From an uncultured Bacilli bacterium (GTDB taxonomy: Bacteria > Bacillota_I > Bacilli_A > ML615J-28 > CAG-313), in NCBI GenBank assembly GCA_947591495.1, contig CANQDG010000002.1, positions 9,779-73,778 of the forward strand: a stretch of 64,000 bases of DNA, given 5' to 3'. Numbering within the stretch: the first letter of the stretch is position 1; the number at the start of each line of letters is the position of its first letter. The notes below the pieces were generated by a model. The model was not told the DNA's origin. It searched no databases and was given only the letters and a program-made list of their open reading frames with translations. The translations under genes were made by a program, and so were the position numbers. Of the stretch, positions 10,318-19,686 are shown in pieces.

Positions 10318-12237
10318 ATGGATAAAATCGAAGAATTTTTGTCACAGTTAGATGATGAATTACGTTTTTTAAAACCTAAAGAAGCAAGTTCTATTATCAA
10401 ATATTATCGTGATCGTATCAATATTGCAACCGATTATGGTGAAAAACCTGAGCATGTTCTTGCTACGCTTCCTTCACCTAAAAAAATCGCGGAAGATACA
10501 TATAATGCCAAAGGTGCTGACTATTTGATAAAAAGAAAAAAGCAAATCAGAAAAGGCCAAATTTTTAAAGCTATTGGAGCAGGCTTTTTATTATTAATCA
10601 TTTTAGTTGGAATACTTACCATTTTTGCTTTTTTTGGCAAAACACTTATCAATTTATTTAAACTAGCTTTTCAATCATTTAAAATGGGAAGCTTAATTGA
10701 TACTTTAGGAACTTTCCTTTTTACAATATCATATATTTTATTACTTGTGATTGCTTTGATATATATATTTGATTTATTATATATTATTGCTACACATTTT
10801 ATTTTGAATATTTTAGATACAATAACGAAAGAAGAAAAAGAATATAAGTTTGCTAATTTCACGATTAGTAATTCAATTGAAAAAGTAACCAAAAAGAAAA
10901 AAATCTTGTTAAAAACATTAATAACTTTAGTTAGTTTAATGGTTATTTTAGGGGTTACTAGTTATGCTACTAAAGGATATATATATAGATCTATGAATGA
11001 TCAAGTTGAAATATCCGAACATCTTCAAATAAGAAAGAATATTACGAAAATAGAAATTGAACCAAGTGAAGCATTTGTTAGATTTAAAACAAGTGATCAA
11101 ATTGATAATATTGCAATCAATTATGGTTTTGAATTTAATAATGATTTAGTATACGAAATAAATAATGAAACGTTAAAAATATCGTCCATAGCGATTACTA
11201 AATATGGTTTATTAGGCCTTCTTTATGAACCACTTCCTGTAATTGAAATTGTGATACCAAGCTCTATGAATTTAAATGATTTAGATATCACTTTAGTTAA
11301 TGGAACGCTTGATATAGTTGATTTAAATAGTGTAACAAATGTAGTTTTAAAGGGTAGTAATAGTGTTGTTGCCATAACAAATAGCAATATTGAAGTTTTA
11401 AGGGTTGATGCTAATAAATTTAATCTTAATTTAGAAAATACAGCCATTAAAGATACAGATGTTAAATTACAGAATGGTCGTTATTGTGCAGTCGGAAAAA
11501 CACATGAAAAATTTAAAATAGAAAATTATAATGGCACTTTAATTTTTCAAGATGTTGTTATTAATGATGCTGATATTATGACAAGAGCATCGAAAAATGC
11601 TTTTGAAAAAGTGACAATTGGCAATCTATTATATAAAGATTATAACGCGGAAAGTTATTTTCGTGATGCTGTAATTACTAAGGCTGATATGTTCGCAGCA
11701 GGAACAAGTAAAATTGATTTAGAAAGAGTTCGCATTACCGAAGAAACTATTCTTGAAACTAACTTAGGAACTTTTAATCTTAGTTATTTAAAAACTCCTA
11801 AAATCAAGGCTACACTTGACCAAGGCGTTATTAATTTAGTAAACTTTAATCAAAATTATACAAACACTAATCTTGATGATACATATTTAACCGAATATAA
11901 TGCATATAGTATAACAAATAGTAGTTTAGATGTTACATCTAATAAGGGCTCAGTTGCTTTAGTTAATAGTATTTTTAATGAAAGTAAGATGACTTTAACA
12001 AATGGTGGACTTTTCCAAATAACTTCCTCAACCATTAATGATAGCCAGTTTGATATTTCTGATGGAAACTTAAGTATCAGTGATCTAAATGGTAATAAGA
12101 TATATATTAAAGCTACAAGTGGTAATGTTATTTTTTATAATAATAATATTGAAAGTAATATTTTATTAAAATTGGAAAAAACTAATAAAGCCAATGTTGA
12201 TATTGGTTCAAATATTAAACAAGTTACGGAGTCATAA
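10318..12237 (+). CDS. membrane protein with a DUF1700-like N-terminus and a DUF4097-like beta-repeat C-terminal domain (LiaG/YvlB-type architecture)
   Basis: 639 aa. The N-terminal MDKIEEFLSQLDDELRFLKPKEASSIIKYYRDRI is DUF1700-like. It has about 4 TM helices. The long C-terminal region is N/S/T/I-rich with repetitive short-strand segments (LVNGTLDIVDLNS, VLKGSNSVVAITNSNIEVLRV, SNKGSVALVNS, ATSGNVIFYNN). Promoter TTGAAA-17-TGgTATAAT lies just upstream. Confidence 0.6.
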   Translation: MDKIEEFLSQLDDELRFLKPKEASSIIKYYRDRINIATDYGEKPEHVLATLPSPKKIAEDTYNAKGADYLIKRKKQIRKGQIFKAIGAGFLLLIILVGILTIFAFFGKTLINLFKLAFQSFKMGSLIDTLGTFLFTISYILLLVIALIYIFDLLYIIATHFILNILDTITKEEKEYKFANFTISNSIEKVTKKKKILLKTLITLVSLMVILGVTSYATKGYIYRSMNDQVEISEHLQIRKNITKIEIEPSEAFVRFKTSDQIDNIAINYGFEFNNDLVYEINNETLKISSIAITKYGLLGLLYEPLPVIEIVIPSSMNLNDLDITLVNGTLDIVDLNSVTNVVLKGSNSVVAITNSNIEVLRVDANKFNLNLENTAIKDTDVKLQNGRYCAVGKTHEKFKIENYNGTLIFQDVVINDADIMTRASKNAFEKVTIGNLLYKDYNAESYFRDAVITKADMFAAGTSKIDLERVRITEETILETNLGTFNLSYLKTPKIKATLDQGVINLVNFNQNYTNTNLDDTYLTEYNAYSITNSSLDVTSNKGSVALVNSIFNESKMTLTNGGLFQITSSTINDSQFDISDGNLSISDLNGNKIYIKATSGNVIFYNNNIESNILLKLEKTNKANVDIGSNIKQVTES

Positions 12238-12434
12238 TGAAAAAAATTATATATATTATAATGATTAGTTTAGGTTTATTAATGTTGATTAGTTTATATG
12301 TTTTGGTTTGCCTTGTCAGTGAACATACCTTTCCAGCTTTAAAATATGTCATAATGATTATAGGTTATTTAGCAATTACTTTATTTGGTATTGGTTTTTT
12401 GCTATTAATTAAAGAGAAGAAAAAAGGAGATTAA
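12237..12434 (+). CDS. small two-TM membrane protein (65 aa)
   Basis: Its start overlaps the upstream stop (TAATG), suggesting translational coupling. It has two clear hydrophobic helices and a KEKKKGD tail. Confidence 0.45.
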   Translation: MKKIIYIIMISLGLLMLISLYVLVCLVSEHTFPALKYVIMIIGYLAITLFGIGFLLLIKEKKKGD

Positions 12435-12436
12435 GA

Positions 12437-13672
12437 ATGTTAAAGAAAAACGATCGAGAACTTTATGAAGCAATTGAATTAGAAAAAAAGCGTCAATTAG
12501 AACATTTAGAGTTAATTGCTTCAGAAAATTATGTATCTGATGATGTATTAGAGGCGGCAGGTTCAATCCTTACTAATAAATACGCTGAAGGATATCCTTC
12601 GAAAAGATATTATGGTGGATGCGAATATATCGATATGGTTGAAAATTTAGCCAAAACGCGTCTTAAAAAACTTTTTAAGGTTAAATATGTTAATGTTCAA
12701 CCACATTCTGGTTCACAAGCTAATATGGCTGCTTACCGAAGCATATTAAAAAATGGTGATTGTGTAATGGGCCTTGCTTTAGATCATGGTGGTCATTTAA
12801 CACATGGACATGCTTTAAGTTTTTCTGGACAAGATTATCATTTTGTCTCTTATCATTTAAATGATGAAGGATATATAGATTATGATGAAGTGGCAATGTT
12901 AGCTCAAAAATATTTACCTAAATTAATTGTTACAGGTGCAAGTGCCTATCCACGTGCTATTGATTTTAAACGTTTTAGAGAGATTGCTGATAGCATTAAT
13001 GCTTATTTAATGGTTGATATGGCACATATTGCAGGACTTGTTGCATGCGGTCTTCATCAAAGTCCGATTCCTTATGCTGATATTGTGACATCAACTACGC
13101 ATAAAACCTTAAGAGGTCCAAGAGGAGGAATAATTCTTACTAATAATGAAGAAATTGCTAAAAAGATTGATAAGAATTTATTTCCGGGAATTCAAGGAGG
13201 CCCTTTGATGCATATTATCGGGGCTAAAGCTGTTTGTTTTAAAGAAGCCTTAGATCCAAGTTTTACTATTTATCAACAACAAGTCATTAAAAATGCCCAA
13301 GCACTTGCCAATAAACTTGTAGAACTTGGCTATAAATTAGTCAGTGGGGGAACGGATAATCATTTAATTTTAGTTGATGTTAAATCATCAGTTGGACTAA
13401 CAGGAAAAAGTGCAGAACTGATTTTAGATACAGTTAATATAACTTGTAATAAAAATACGATTCCCAATGATTCAGAAAAACCGATGATTACAAGTGGAAT
13501 TAGACTTGGAACACCGGCTCTTACAACAAGAGGAATGAAAGAAAAAGAAATGCAAGAAGTTGCTATCTTGTTAGATAAAGCTTTAAGAAATCCTAATAAT
13601 GATCAAATTAAAGAAGAAGTAAAAAAGGAAGTCATTGCTTTAACTAAAAAATTCCCCCTTTTTGCTAATTAA
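12437..13672 (+). CDS. glyA: serine hydroxymethyltransferase
   Basis: 411 aa. [20 protein letters not shown] and [14 protein letters not shown] (the PLP-lysine motif) are all collinear with GlyA. GGAG RBS. Confidence 0.95.
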   Translation: MLKKNDRELYEAIELEKKRQLEHLELIASENYVSDDVLEAAGSILTNKYAEGYPSKRYYGGCEYIDMVENLAKTRLKKLFKVKYVNVQPHSGSQANMAAYRSILKNGDCVMGLALDHGGHLTHGHALSFSGQDYHFVSYHLNDEGYIDYDEVAMLAQKYLPKLIVTGASAYPRAIDFKRFREIADSINAYLMVDMAHIAGLVACGLHQSPIPYADIVTSTTHKTLRGPRGGIILTNNEEIAKKIDKNLFPGIQGGPLMHIIGAKAVCFKEALDPSFTIYQQQVIKNAQALANKLVELGYKLVSGGTDNHLILVDVKSSVGLTGKSAELILDTVNITCNKNTIPNDSEKPMITSGIRLGTPALTTRGMKEKEMQEVAILLDKALRNPNNDQIKEEVKKEVIALTKKFPLFAN

Positions 13673-13690
13673 CATTTTTTAAGCAAAAAA

Positions 13691-13719
13691 TTGACACTAT
13701 AAGTCTAGTGTGATATAAT
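13691..13719 (+). promoter_or_regulatory. consensus extended -10 promoter of trkA-trkH
   Basis: TTGACA (13691-13696), a 17-nt spacer, then TGaTATAAT (TATAAT 13714-13719). Confidence 0.65.
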
Positions 13720-13737
13720 AAATAATAGTTAATAATT

Positions 13738-13765
13738 AAACTCTAGAATGTAATTTCTAGAGTTT
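13738..13765 (+). promoter_or_regulatory. perfect 11-bp inverted repeat in the trkA 5' leader (attenuator hairpin or operator)
   Basis: aaactctagaa (13738-13748) and ttctagagttt (13755-13765) flank a 6-nt spacer. The element lies between the promoter and the RBS and is followed by the weakly T-rich attatttgag. Confidence 0.4.
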
Positions 13766-13788
13766 ATTATTTGAGATGAGGAATATAT

Positions 13789-15144
13789 ATGAAAATCGTT
13801 GTAATTGGTTGTGGCACAATTGGTAAAACTATTGTTGAACACGTTAGTAAAGAAGGTCACAATTTAATCATTGTAGATGCTGATAAACAAAAAGTTGAAG
13901 ATTTAATTGAACGCTTTGATGTAATGGGCGTTATTGGTAATGGCGCAAGTCTTGAAATTCAAGAAGAAGCCCAAGTAAAAACAGCTGATTTAGTAATTGC
14001 GGTAACGCCAAAGGATGAAATAAATATTTTGGCCACCTTTGTTGCTAAAAAATTAGGAGCTGCCGCAACAATTGCCAGAGTAAGAAATCCCGAATATTTA
14101 AAACAAACCGAACTAATGAAAGAAGATTTGGGGTTATCAATGATTGTAAATCCCGAACAAGAAACAGCTGATGAAATTACTAAAATGATTAAATTGCCAT
14201 CCCTTTCTAAAATTGAAAGTTTTGCTAAAGGCAAAGTTAATCTTTTTGAAATATTAGTAGAAAATAACAATCCCCTGATTGGTGAAACTTTAATTTCCAT
14301 TAATAAAAAACTTAAAACGAAAGTATTAGTTTGTGCTGTTCAAAGAGGCGAAGAAGTTATTATTCCTACTGGTAACTTTGTTATTGAAAAAGGAGATCGC
14401 CTTAATATTACTGCCGATGAAGGCAGTGTTGATAGTTTTTTAGCCGAAATTGGCTTAATTAAATCCCCTTTAAAAAATATTATGATTATTGGGGGTGGAA
14501 TTATTGGTTATTATTTAGCTAAAGAATTATCGGATAAAAGATTTAAAGTTAAACTAATTGAACAAAAAGAAAAAAGAGCCGAAGAATTAGCAGAATTATT
14601 ACCCAAAGTTACGATTATTACAGGTGATGGTACTGACCAAAGCTTATTAATCGAAGAAGGCATTGAAAAAGCTGATGCTTGTGTTACCTTAACAAGTATT
14701 GATGAAGAAAATATTATTGTTTCAATGTATGCAGCAGCTGTAAGGGTGAGAAAAGTTATCGCCAAAATCAAACGTGATAGTTTTATGGGAATGCTTGATA
14801 GTTTAGCAATTGCTTCTTTAGTTTCACCTAAAGATATTGTTTCAAGCCGGATTGTTAGTTATATTAGAGCCCTTTCTAATAGTAAAGGTAGTAATGTTGT
14901 TACCCTTTATAAATTAGTTAATAATAAAGTTGAAGCCTTAGAATTTTATGCTAAACAAAAAAAGCGTTTCTTTAATAAACCCCTAAAGGATTTACAAACG
15001 AAAGAAAATTGTTTAATTGCTTGTATCATTCGTGATGGTAATGTTATTATTCCTAATGGTAATGATTGGATCCAATTAAATGATAACGTAATTGTTGTAA
15101 CAACTCATCAACAATTTGATGATTTAACCGATGCATTCGAGTAG
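13789..15144 (+). CDS. trkA: Trk system potassium uptake protein TrkA (two RCK/NAD-binding modules)
   Basis: 451 aa. Two Rossmann GxGxxG motifs (VIGCGTIGKT and IIGGGIIGYYLA), each followed by an RCK_C-like segment. Confidence 0.88.
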   Translation: MKIVVIGCGTIGKTIVEHVSKEGHNLIIVDADKQKVEDLIERFDVMGVIGNGASLEIQEEAQVKTADLVIAVTPKDEINILATFVAKKLGAAATIARVRNPEYLKQTELMKEDLGLSMIVNPEQETADEITKMIKLPSLSKIESFAKGKVNLFEILVENNNPLIGETLISINKKLKTKVLVCAVQRGEEVIIPTGNFVIEKGDRLNITADEGSVDSFLAEIGLIKSPLKNIMIIGGGIIGYYLAKELSDKRFKVKLIEQKEKRAEELAELLPKVTIITGDGTDQSLLIEEGIEKADACVTLTSIDEENIIVSMYAAAVRVRKVIAKIKRDSFMGMLDSLAIASLVSPKDIVSSRIVSYIRALSNSKGSNVVTLYKLVNNKVEALEFYAKQKKRFFNKPLKDLQTKENCLIACIIRDGNVIIPNGNDWIQLNDNVIVVTTHQQFDDLTDAFE

Positions 15145-15152
15145 GTATTTAT

Positions 15153-16673
15153 ATGAATTTTAAAGTAATTGGTAAAATCATTGGCAAGATCATGATTCTA
15201 GAAGGAATTATGATGTTAGCCCCTTTTATAGTATCTTTAATTTATCGAGAAGAAGTTAGATATATTATTTCTTTTATAATTCCTAGTTTATTACTTATAA
15301 TTGGTGGTTTCTTATTACAACTATTAAAACCTAAAACGACTAGTTTATATCAAAAAGAAGGGTTTGCGGTATGCGCATTAGTATGGCTTGTAATGACCAT
15401 TTTTGGTGCTTTACCTTTTGTCATTAATAAAGATATCCCCAATTATATTGATGCTGTTTTTGAAACGATGTCTGGTTTTACCACTACTGGTGCAAGCATT
15501 GTAACAGATGTAACAAAACTTGCGAAAAGTACTCTTTTTTGGCGAAGCTTTACTCATTGGATTGGGGGAATGGGAATTTTAGTTTTCATTTTAATTTTTA
15601 TTCCTGAAAGCAATGATGGTTCATCTCTTCATCTACTTAAAGCCGAAAGCCCTGGTCCTAGTGTTGGTAAACTAGCATCTAAAATGAAAGTTACTACGCG
15701 TATTTTATATTTAATATATTTAGGATTAAGTATTCTAGAAGTTATCATCTTATTATTTATGCCAGCAAGAATAGTAAATGGTGTGACATATAAAATGGAT
15801 TTATTTCAAAGTCTACTAACTACTTTTGGTAGCGCCGGAACCGGTGGATTTGGTTTTGTCGCAAATAGTATGGAATTTTTTAGCGGTGCTACTCAGTATG
15901 TAATTGCCACCTTTTTAATTCTTTTTGGTATGAATTTTAGCCTTTATTATTTAATCTTAATTGGAAAAGCAAAAGAAGCCTTTAAAAGTGAAGAATTAAG
16001 AACATATCTTATTATTATTGTTGTGGCAGTTATTCTTGTTACTTGTAATATTGCTAACAAATATCAAACAGTTGAAGAAGCTTTCCGCCACGCTTATTTT
16101 CAAGTAGCATCCATTATGACAACCACGGGATATACAACGACTAATTATGATTTTATTTGGCCTTCACTTGCTAAATATATCTTAATTATTTTGATGATTT
16201 TAGGAGCAATGGCCGGTTCAACTGGCGGTGGTATCAAAGTATCAAGATTCATAATTGCAATTAAAGGCAGCTTTAATAAAATAAAAAAATTAATTAATCC
16301 ACACCATGTAACGAAAAGTAAATTTGAAGGCAAAGCCTTAGATGAGGCAACAACTAATGACGTTTTTTCTTTCATTGTTATGTACTTTTTTATCGCCTTT
16401 TTGGTTATCTTAATTTTATCATGTGATCCATATACTGAAAGTGAAGTTGTGATTGCGGGAAAAACGGTTGAACATGGTTTTGTTTCTAATTTTACGGCTA
16501 CTATTTCTTGCCTTTCTAATATTGGCCCTGGACTTGAGGCTGTTGGCCCATATGGATCTTTTGCTCACTATGGTATTATTTCCAAAATAACTTTGACGTT
16601 AGCAATGTTAATTGGTCGCTTAGAAATTTTACCAGTTTTAATTTTATTTAACCCTAAAACATGGCATAAATAA
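15153..16673 (+). CDS. trkH: TrkH/KtrB family potassium transporter membrane subunit
   Basis: 506 aa polytopic protein with repeated selectivity-filter-like motifs (SGFTTTG, GSAGTGG, MTTTGYT, AGSTGGGIK). It lies immediately after trkA. Confidence 0.88.
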   Translation: MNFKVIGKIIGKIMILEGIMMLAPFIVSLIYREEVRYIISFIIPSLLLIIGGFLLQLLKPKTTSLYQKEGFAVCALVWLVMTIFGALPFVINKDIPNYIDAVFETMSGFTTTGASIVTDVTKLAKSTLFWRSFTHWIGGMGILVFILIFIPESNDGSSLHLLKAESPGPSVGKLASKMKVTTRILYLIYLGLSILEVIILLFMPARIVNGVTYKMDLFQSLLTTFGSAGTGGFGFVANSMEFFSGATQYVIATFLILFGMNFSLYYLILIGKAKEAFKSEELRTYLIIIVVAVILVTCNIANKYQTVEEAFRHAYFQVASIMTTTGYTTTNYDFIWPSLAKYILIILMILGAMAGSTGGGIKVSRFIIAIKGSFNKIKKLINPHHVTKSKFEGKALDEATTNDVFSFIVMYFFIAFLVILILSCDPYTESEVVIAGKTVEHGFVSNFTATISCLSNIGPGLEAVGPYGSFAHYGIISKITLTLAMLIGRLEILPVLILFNPKTWHK

Positions 16674-16683
16674 AGAGGTTAAT

Positions 16684-17718
16684 ATGAATAAAGTCTTAGA
16701 ATATTTTAAACAAATTTATACTAAACCCATCTTTCAAAAAATCACCGTTTATGGATGGATTTATAATTATGAATATCAGTTAATTGGTAGTGCTTTGCCA
16801 TATCTATTTGAAAAGTTAGATATAACCGAAAATCTAGCATTTCCAACTAATACCAATCGACCTCAAACGATTAAAGAGAAAAAGTATATTGTTATTCATG
16901 ATACAGGTGATACTTCTTTGGGACGTGGTGCTAAATATTGGAGTCAAGTTGTTAAAGAACAAAAATATGAAAATAAACTCTATGAGGCTAGTTTCCAATA
17001 TGTTGTTGGCAATGATGGTATCTATCATAACATTCCCGATGATGAAGTAGCCTATCATGCAGGCGATGGCACAAAATATGATTATACCTTATATGATACT
17101 CATATTAAACAAGCAAATGATTGTAAATTAACAATTAAGGAAGGCTATTATTATATTAATGGTCAAAACACTAACATTAAAGTCCCTGATGCACCTAAGG
17201 CCTTAACAACAAGTGATTTAAATGATAATGGTATTTTATGTGTTGTTCAAAATGGTACATATCATCTAGGAGAAACTTATTTTAATCAAACCTATCAAAA
17301 AATCGCCAATCGTGGTGGTAACAATAATGGCATTGGAATTGAAATGTGTATTGATGAAAAAACGGATCTTTATTTAAATTATCAAAGATTAGCAAAACTT
17401 TGTGCAATGCTTTTAGATAAATATCATTTAGATCTTTCATCGATTCGTCCTCATCACTATTTTAGTGGGAAAGATTGTCCAATGACGGCTCGTAAAAATC
17501 ATTTATGGGATCATTTTATGAAATTAGTAGAAGTCGAAAAAGCCGTTTTATCTTTTATTAAAGAAGGATATGAAATTAACCTAATACCAAAAAGCTCTAA
17601 TATTTTAAGTAGTGGTCGCATCATCAATGATTGCCATAACATTTGTTTTATTGTTACAACAAAGAAAGATAACATCGAAGAAAGTTATGAATTCAGTTGG
17701 GAAAGTCCATCTTGCTAA
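16684..17718 (+). CDS. N-acetylmuramoyl-L-alanine amidase (Amidase_2/PGRP fold)
   Basis: 344 aa. IVIHDTGD, AYHAGDG, GIGIEMC and HHYFSGKDCP match the zinc-amidase motif order. Confidence 0.75.
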   Translation: MNKVLEYFKQIYTKPIFQKITVYGWIYNYEYQLIGSALPYLFEKLDITENLAFPTNTNRPQTIKEKKYIVIHDTGDTSLGRGAKYWSQVVKEQKYENKLYEASFQYVVGNDGIYHNIPDDEVAYHAGDGTKYDYTLYDTHIKQANDCKLTIKEGYYYINGQNTNIKVPDAPKALTTSDLNDNGILCVVQNGTYHLGETYFNQTYQKIANRGGNNNGIGIEMCIDEKTDLYLNYQRLAKLCAMLLDKYHLDLSSIRPHHYFSGKDCPMTARKNHLWDHFMKLVEVEKAVLSFIKEGYEINLIPKSSNILSSGRIINDCHNICFIVTTKKDNIEESYEFSWESPSC

Positions 17719-18379
17719 ATACTTAAAAAACTATGGCAATTATACCAAAAGCGAGCTAAAAAAACTTATTGAAGAAAAACGGGTTTTGGTTAATGGAGTA
17801 TTGAAGCCTTTATCATATATTGTAAAAGAAAACGATGAAATCTTAGTTGATGGGCAAAAAATCACCCAAATCCCTAATGTTTATTATCTTTATTATAAAC
17901 CTGTTGGAATTGTTTGTACTAATAATCTTCAAATTAAAGATAATATTATTACGCATTTAAATTTACCTTATCGTGTATTTACGGTTGGCCGCCTTGATAA
18001 AAATACAAGTGGCTTAATTATTTTAACTAATGATGGTATCTTTGCTAATAAACTAATGAATCCTAATAATCATATTGAAAAAGAATATTTAGTTGAAGTT
18101 AAAAATCCTATTACTGATGAATTTTTAACAACGCTTAAAATGCCCCTATTATTAAGGGGTAAAAAAACAACTACCCCGAAAATCGCAGTAGTTGATGAAT
18201 ATCATTTAAAAATTATTATTAACGAAGGCAAATATCATCAAATTAGAAGAATGGTTATTAATGCTTCTAATTACCTTGTTTCTTTAACAAGAATAAGAAT
18301 TGGACCATATGTTTTAGGTAATTTAAAAAGTGATGAATTAAGAAAAATAACAAAAGGAAAAAGATATGAAAAAGATTAA
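17687..18379 (+). CDS. pseudouridine synthase, RsuA/RluB family (S4 domain plus catalytic domain)
   Basis: S4-like LAKYLKNYGNYTKSELKKLIEEKRVLVNG and catalytic GRLDKNTSGLIILTNDG. ORF track starts at 17612. ATG 17687 is preferred because it limits the overlap with the amidase gene to 32 nt. Confidence 0.8.
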   Translation: MNSVGKVHLAKYLKNYGNYTKSELKKLIEEKRVLVNGVLKPLSYIVKENDEILVDGQKITQIPNVYYLYYKPVGIVCTNNLQIKDNIITHLNLPYRVFTVGRLDKNTSGLIILTNDGIFANKLMNPNNHIEKEYLVEVKNPITDEFLTTLKMPLLLRGKKTTTPKIAVVDEYHLKIIINEGKYHQIRRMVINASNYLVSLTRIRIGPYVLGNLKSDELRKITKGKRYEKD

Positions 18380-18857
18380 ATTAATTTTATTTTTAGGTTT
18401 ATTATTTATGGTAGGCTCACTAACATCTTGTTTTCGTGCCAAACCTCAAGAATTTAGCTCACATGGTATGACAGTTACTTTAACTAGTGACTTTCGTGTA
18501 GCAACTGGTGAAAATGTTCAGTTTTTTCTTCAAACTAATAAAATTGGGTTTGCGGGAAATCAAGAATTTAAAGATCAACTTGGCTTAAGTGATCATGAAC
18601 TAGAAAGATATACCAAAGCCGTTTTGACTGCATCTAATTATCAAGATGCACAAATCCAAAATTATGATGATGGTGAAAATAATTTTATGTATGCTTATTA
18701 TACAGCATCACCTAATATGTTTACCTATAAATATATGCTCGTTACGAAAGAAGGTCAAAATGCATATTATTGTCTAAACTTTTGGACTTTAGAAAAAGAT
18801 TTTGATAAATATCAAGACCAAATATTCGAATGGGCTAAAACCATTAAAGTTGAATAA
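18366..18857 (+). CDS. putative lipoprotein (163 aa), function unknown
   Basis: Signal peptide with the lipobox-like LTSC (MKKIKLILFLGLLFMVGSLTSC). No other motif recognised. Confidence 0.55.
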   Translation: MKKIKLILFLGLLFMVGSLTSCFRAKPQEFSSHGMTVTLTSDFRVATGENVQFFLQTNKIGFAGNQEFKDQLGLSDHELERYTKAVLTASNYQDAQIQNYDDGENNFMYAYYTASPNMFTYKYMLVTKEGQNAYYCLNFWTLEKDFDKYQDQIFEWAKTIKVE

Positions 18858-18882
18858 AAGCAAGCGGGTGCTTGCTTTTTTA
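18857..18882. terminator. bidirectional hairpin terminator
   Basis: aagcaagc (18858-18865) pairs with gcttgctt (18870-18877) around a GGGT loop, followed by a T run. It sits between convergent genes. Confidence 0.7.
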
Positions 18883-19686
18883 AATTGTAAAGAAAATAAA
18901 TTTTAAAGTTTCAATAAAATCATTGGTTTTATGTCCAGTTTTATCACTACTAATCATATATGCATTAGGATAAAAAGAAGCACGATAAGCATCAAGATGA
19001 TTACGATAGTGAATTTCAGTTTCAAGAATCCTAGGAATCATTAAAAAGAGTTCATCTTTTTTAGTTTTTAAAGTTGTAATAGCTTTGATTGTGGCATCAT
19101 AAATAGCCTTATTAATAACATCAGGATGTTTAGCAATAACAGCTCCATGCATACCAGTAAAAGTATCAACCGTTTCAATTAAACTATTTTCTTCCTTAAC
19201 CGTTTTAGTTAAACCTAAGTCACCTGTTACCATAATAACAGGGACTTTTTTTAATTTTGCATAATAGGCGTTTAACAAAAACTCACTTACCTTTTTGTTA
19301 TTAATTTTAATATGATTAATAGAAGTTGACATCGTATGGGATAAAGGATTATGGTTACTTCTTGATTCACTATGATAGCCAATAAAAATTGCTCCATCAA
19401 AACTTTCATCAAGACCTGCCATCATATCCCATGGTGAATTTTCCCATCCTCTAATTAGTTTGACACAAGGTAAAAGTGAAGAAGGAATAATGTTACGAGC
19501 CGAGTCATGGGCATCACGTACATAAATATCAGTAATCCCTTGATCGATTAAAGCTTGGCAACAACTATTAATTTCCTTAATCATTTCTTGTCTAAAATAT
19601 TCATAATCAGGTTTATTTAAAGTTGTTTCATTCCAATTACAAATGCCACATACACCTTCAATATCGGCACTAAGATAAATTTTCAT
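18880..19686 (-). CDS. dppA: M55 family D-aminopeptidase (DppA-like)
   Basis: 268 aa. The N-terminal MKIYLSADIEGVCGI matches the DppA/M55 signature (MK.Y.S.DMEG..G). Confidence 0.8.
   Translation of the reverse strand: MKIYLSADIEGVCGICNWNETTLNKPDYEYFRQEMIKEINSCCQALIDQGITDIYVRDAHDSARNIIPSSLLPCVKLIRGWENSPWDMMAGLDESFDGAIFIGYHSESRSNHNPLSHTMSTSINHIKINNKKVSEFLLNAYYAKLKKVPVIMVTGDLGLTKTVKEENSLIETVDTFTGMHGAVIAKHPDVINKAIYDATIKAITTLKTKKDELFLMIPRILETEIHYRNHLDAYRASFYPNAYMISSDKTGHKTNDFIETLKFIFFTI

Noticed and set aside
13959-16375. Antisense ORFs within trkA/trkH (13959-14300, 14511-14771, 16145-16375). The same applies to those within aspA, the ABC-F gene, the M29 and M18 genes, the GHL10 gene, the activase genes, the FAD oxidoreductase gene and the AGCS gene.
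   Set aside because: Each lies wholly inside a confidently identified CDS on the opposite strand or in another frame, and none has a recognisable motif or translation signals.
17612-17718. A 107-nt overlap between the amidase ORF and the pseudouridine synthase ORF as listed, which could mean a fusion or a programmed frameshift.
   Set aside because: The N-terminal 25 residues of the longer ORF (MVASSMIAITFVLLLQQRKITSKKV) look like out-of-frame read-through of the amidase gene. The S4 domain begins just after ATG 17687, so a normal short overlap is the simpler explanation.
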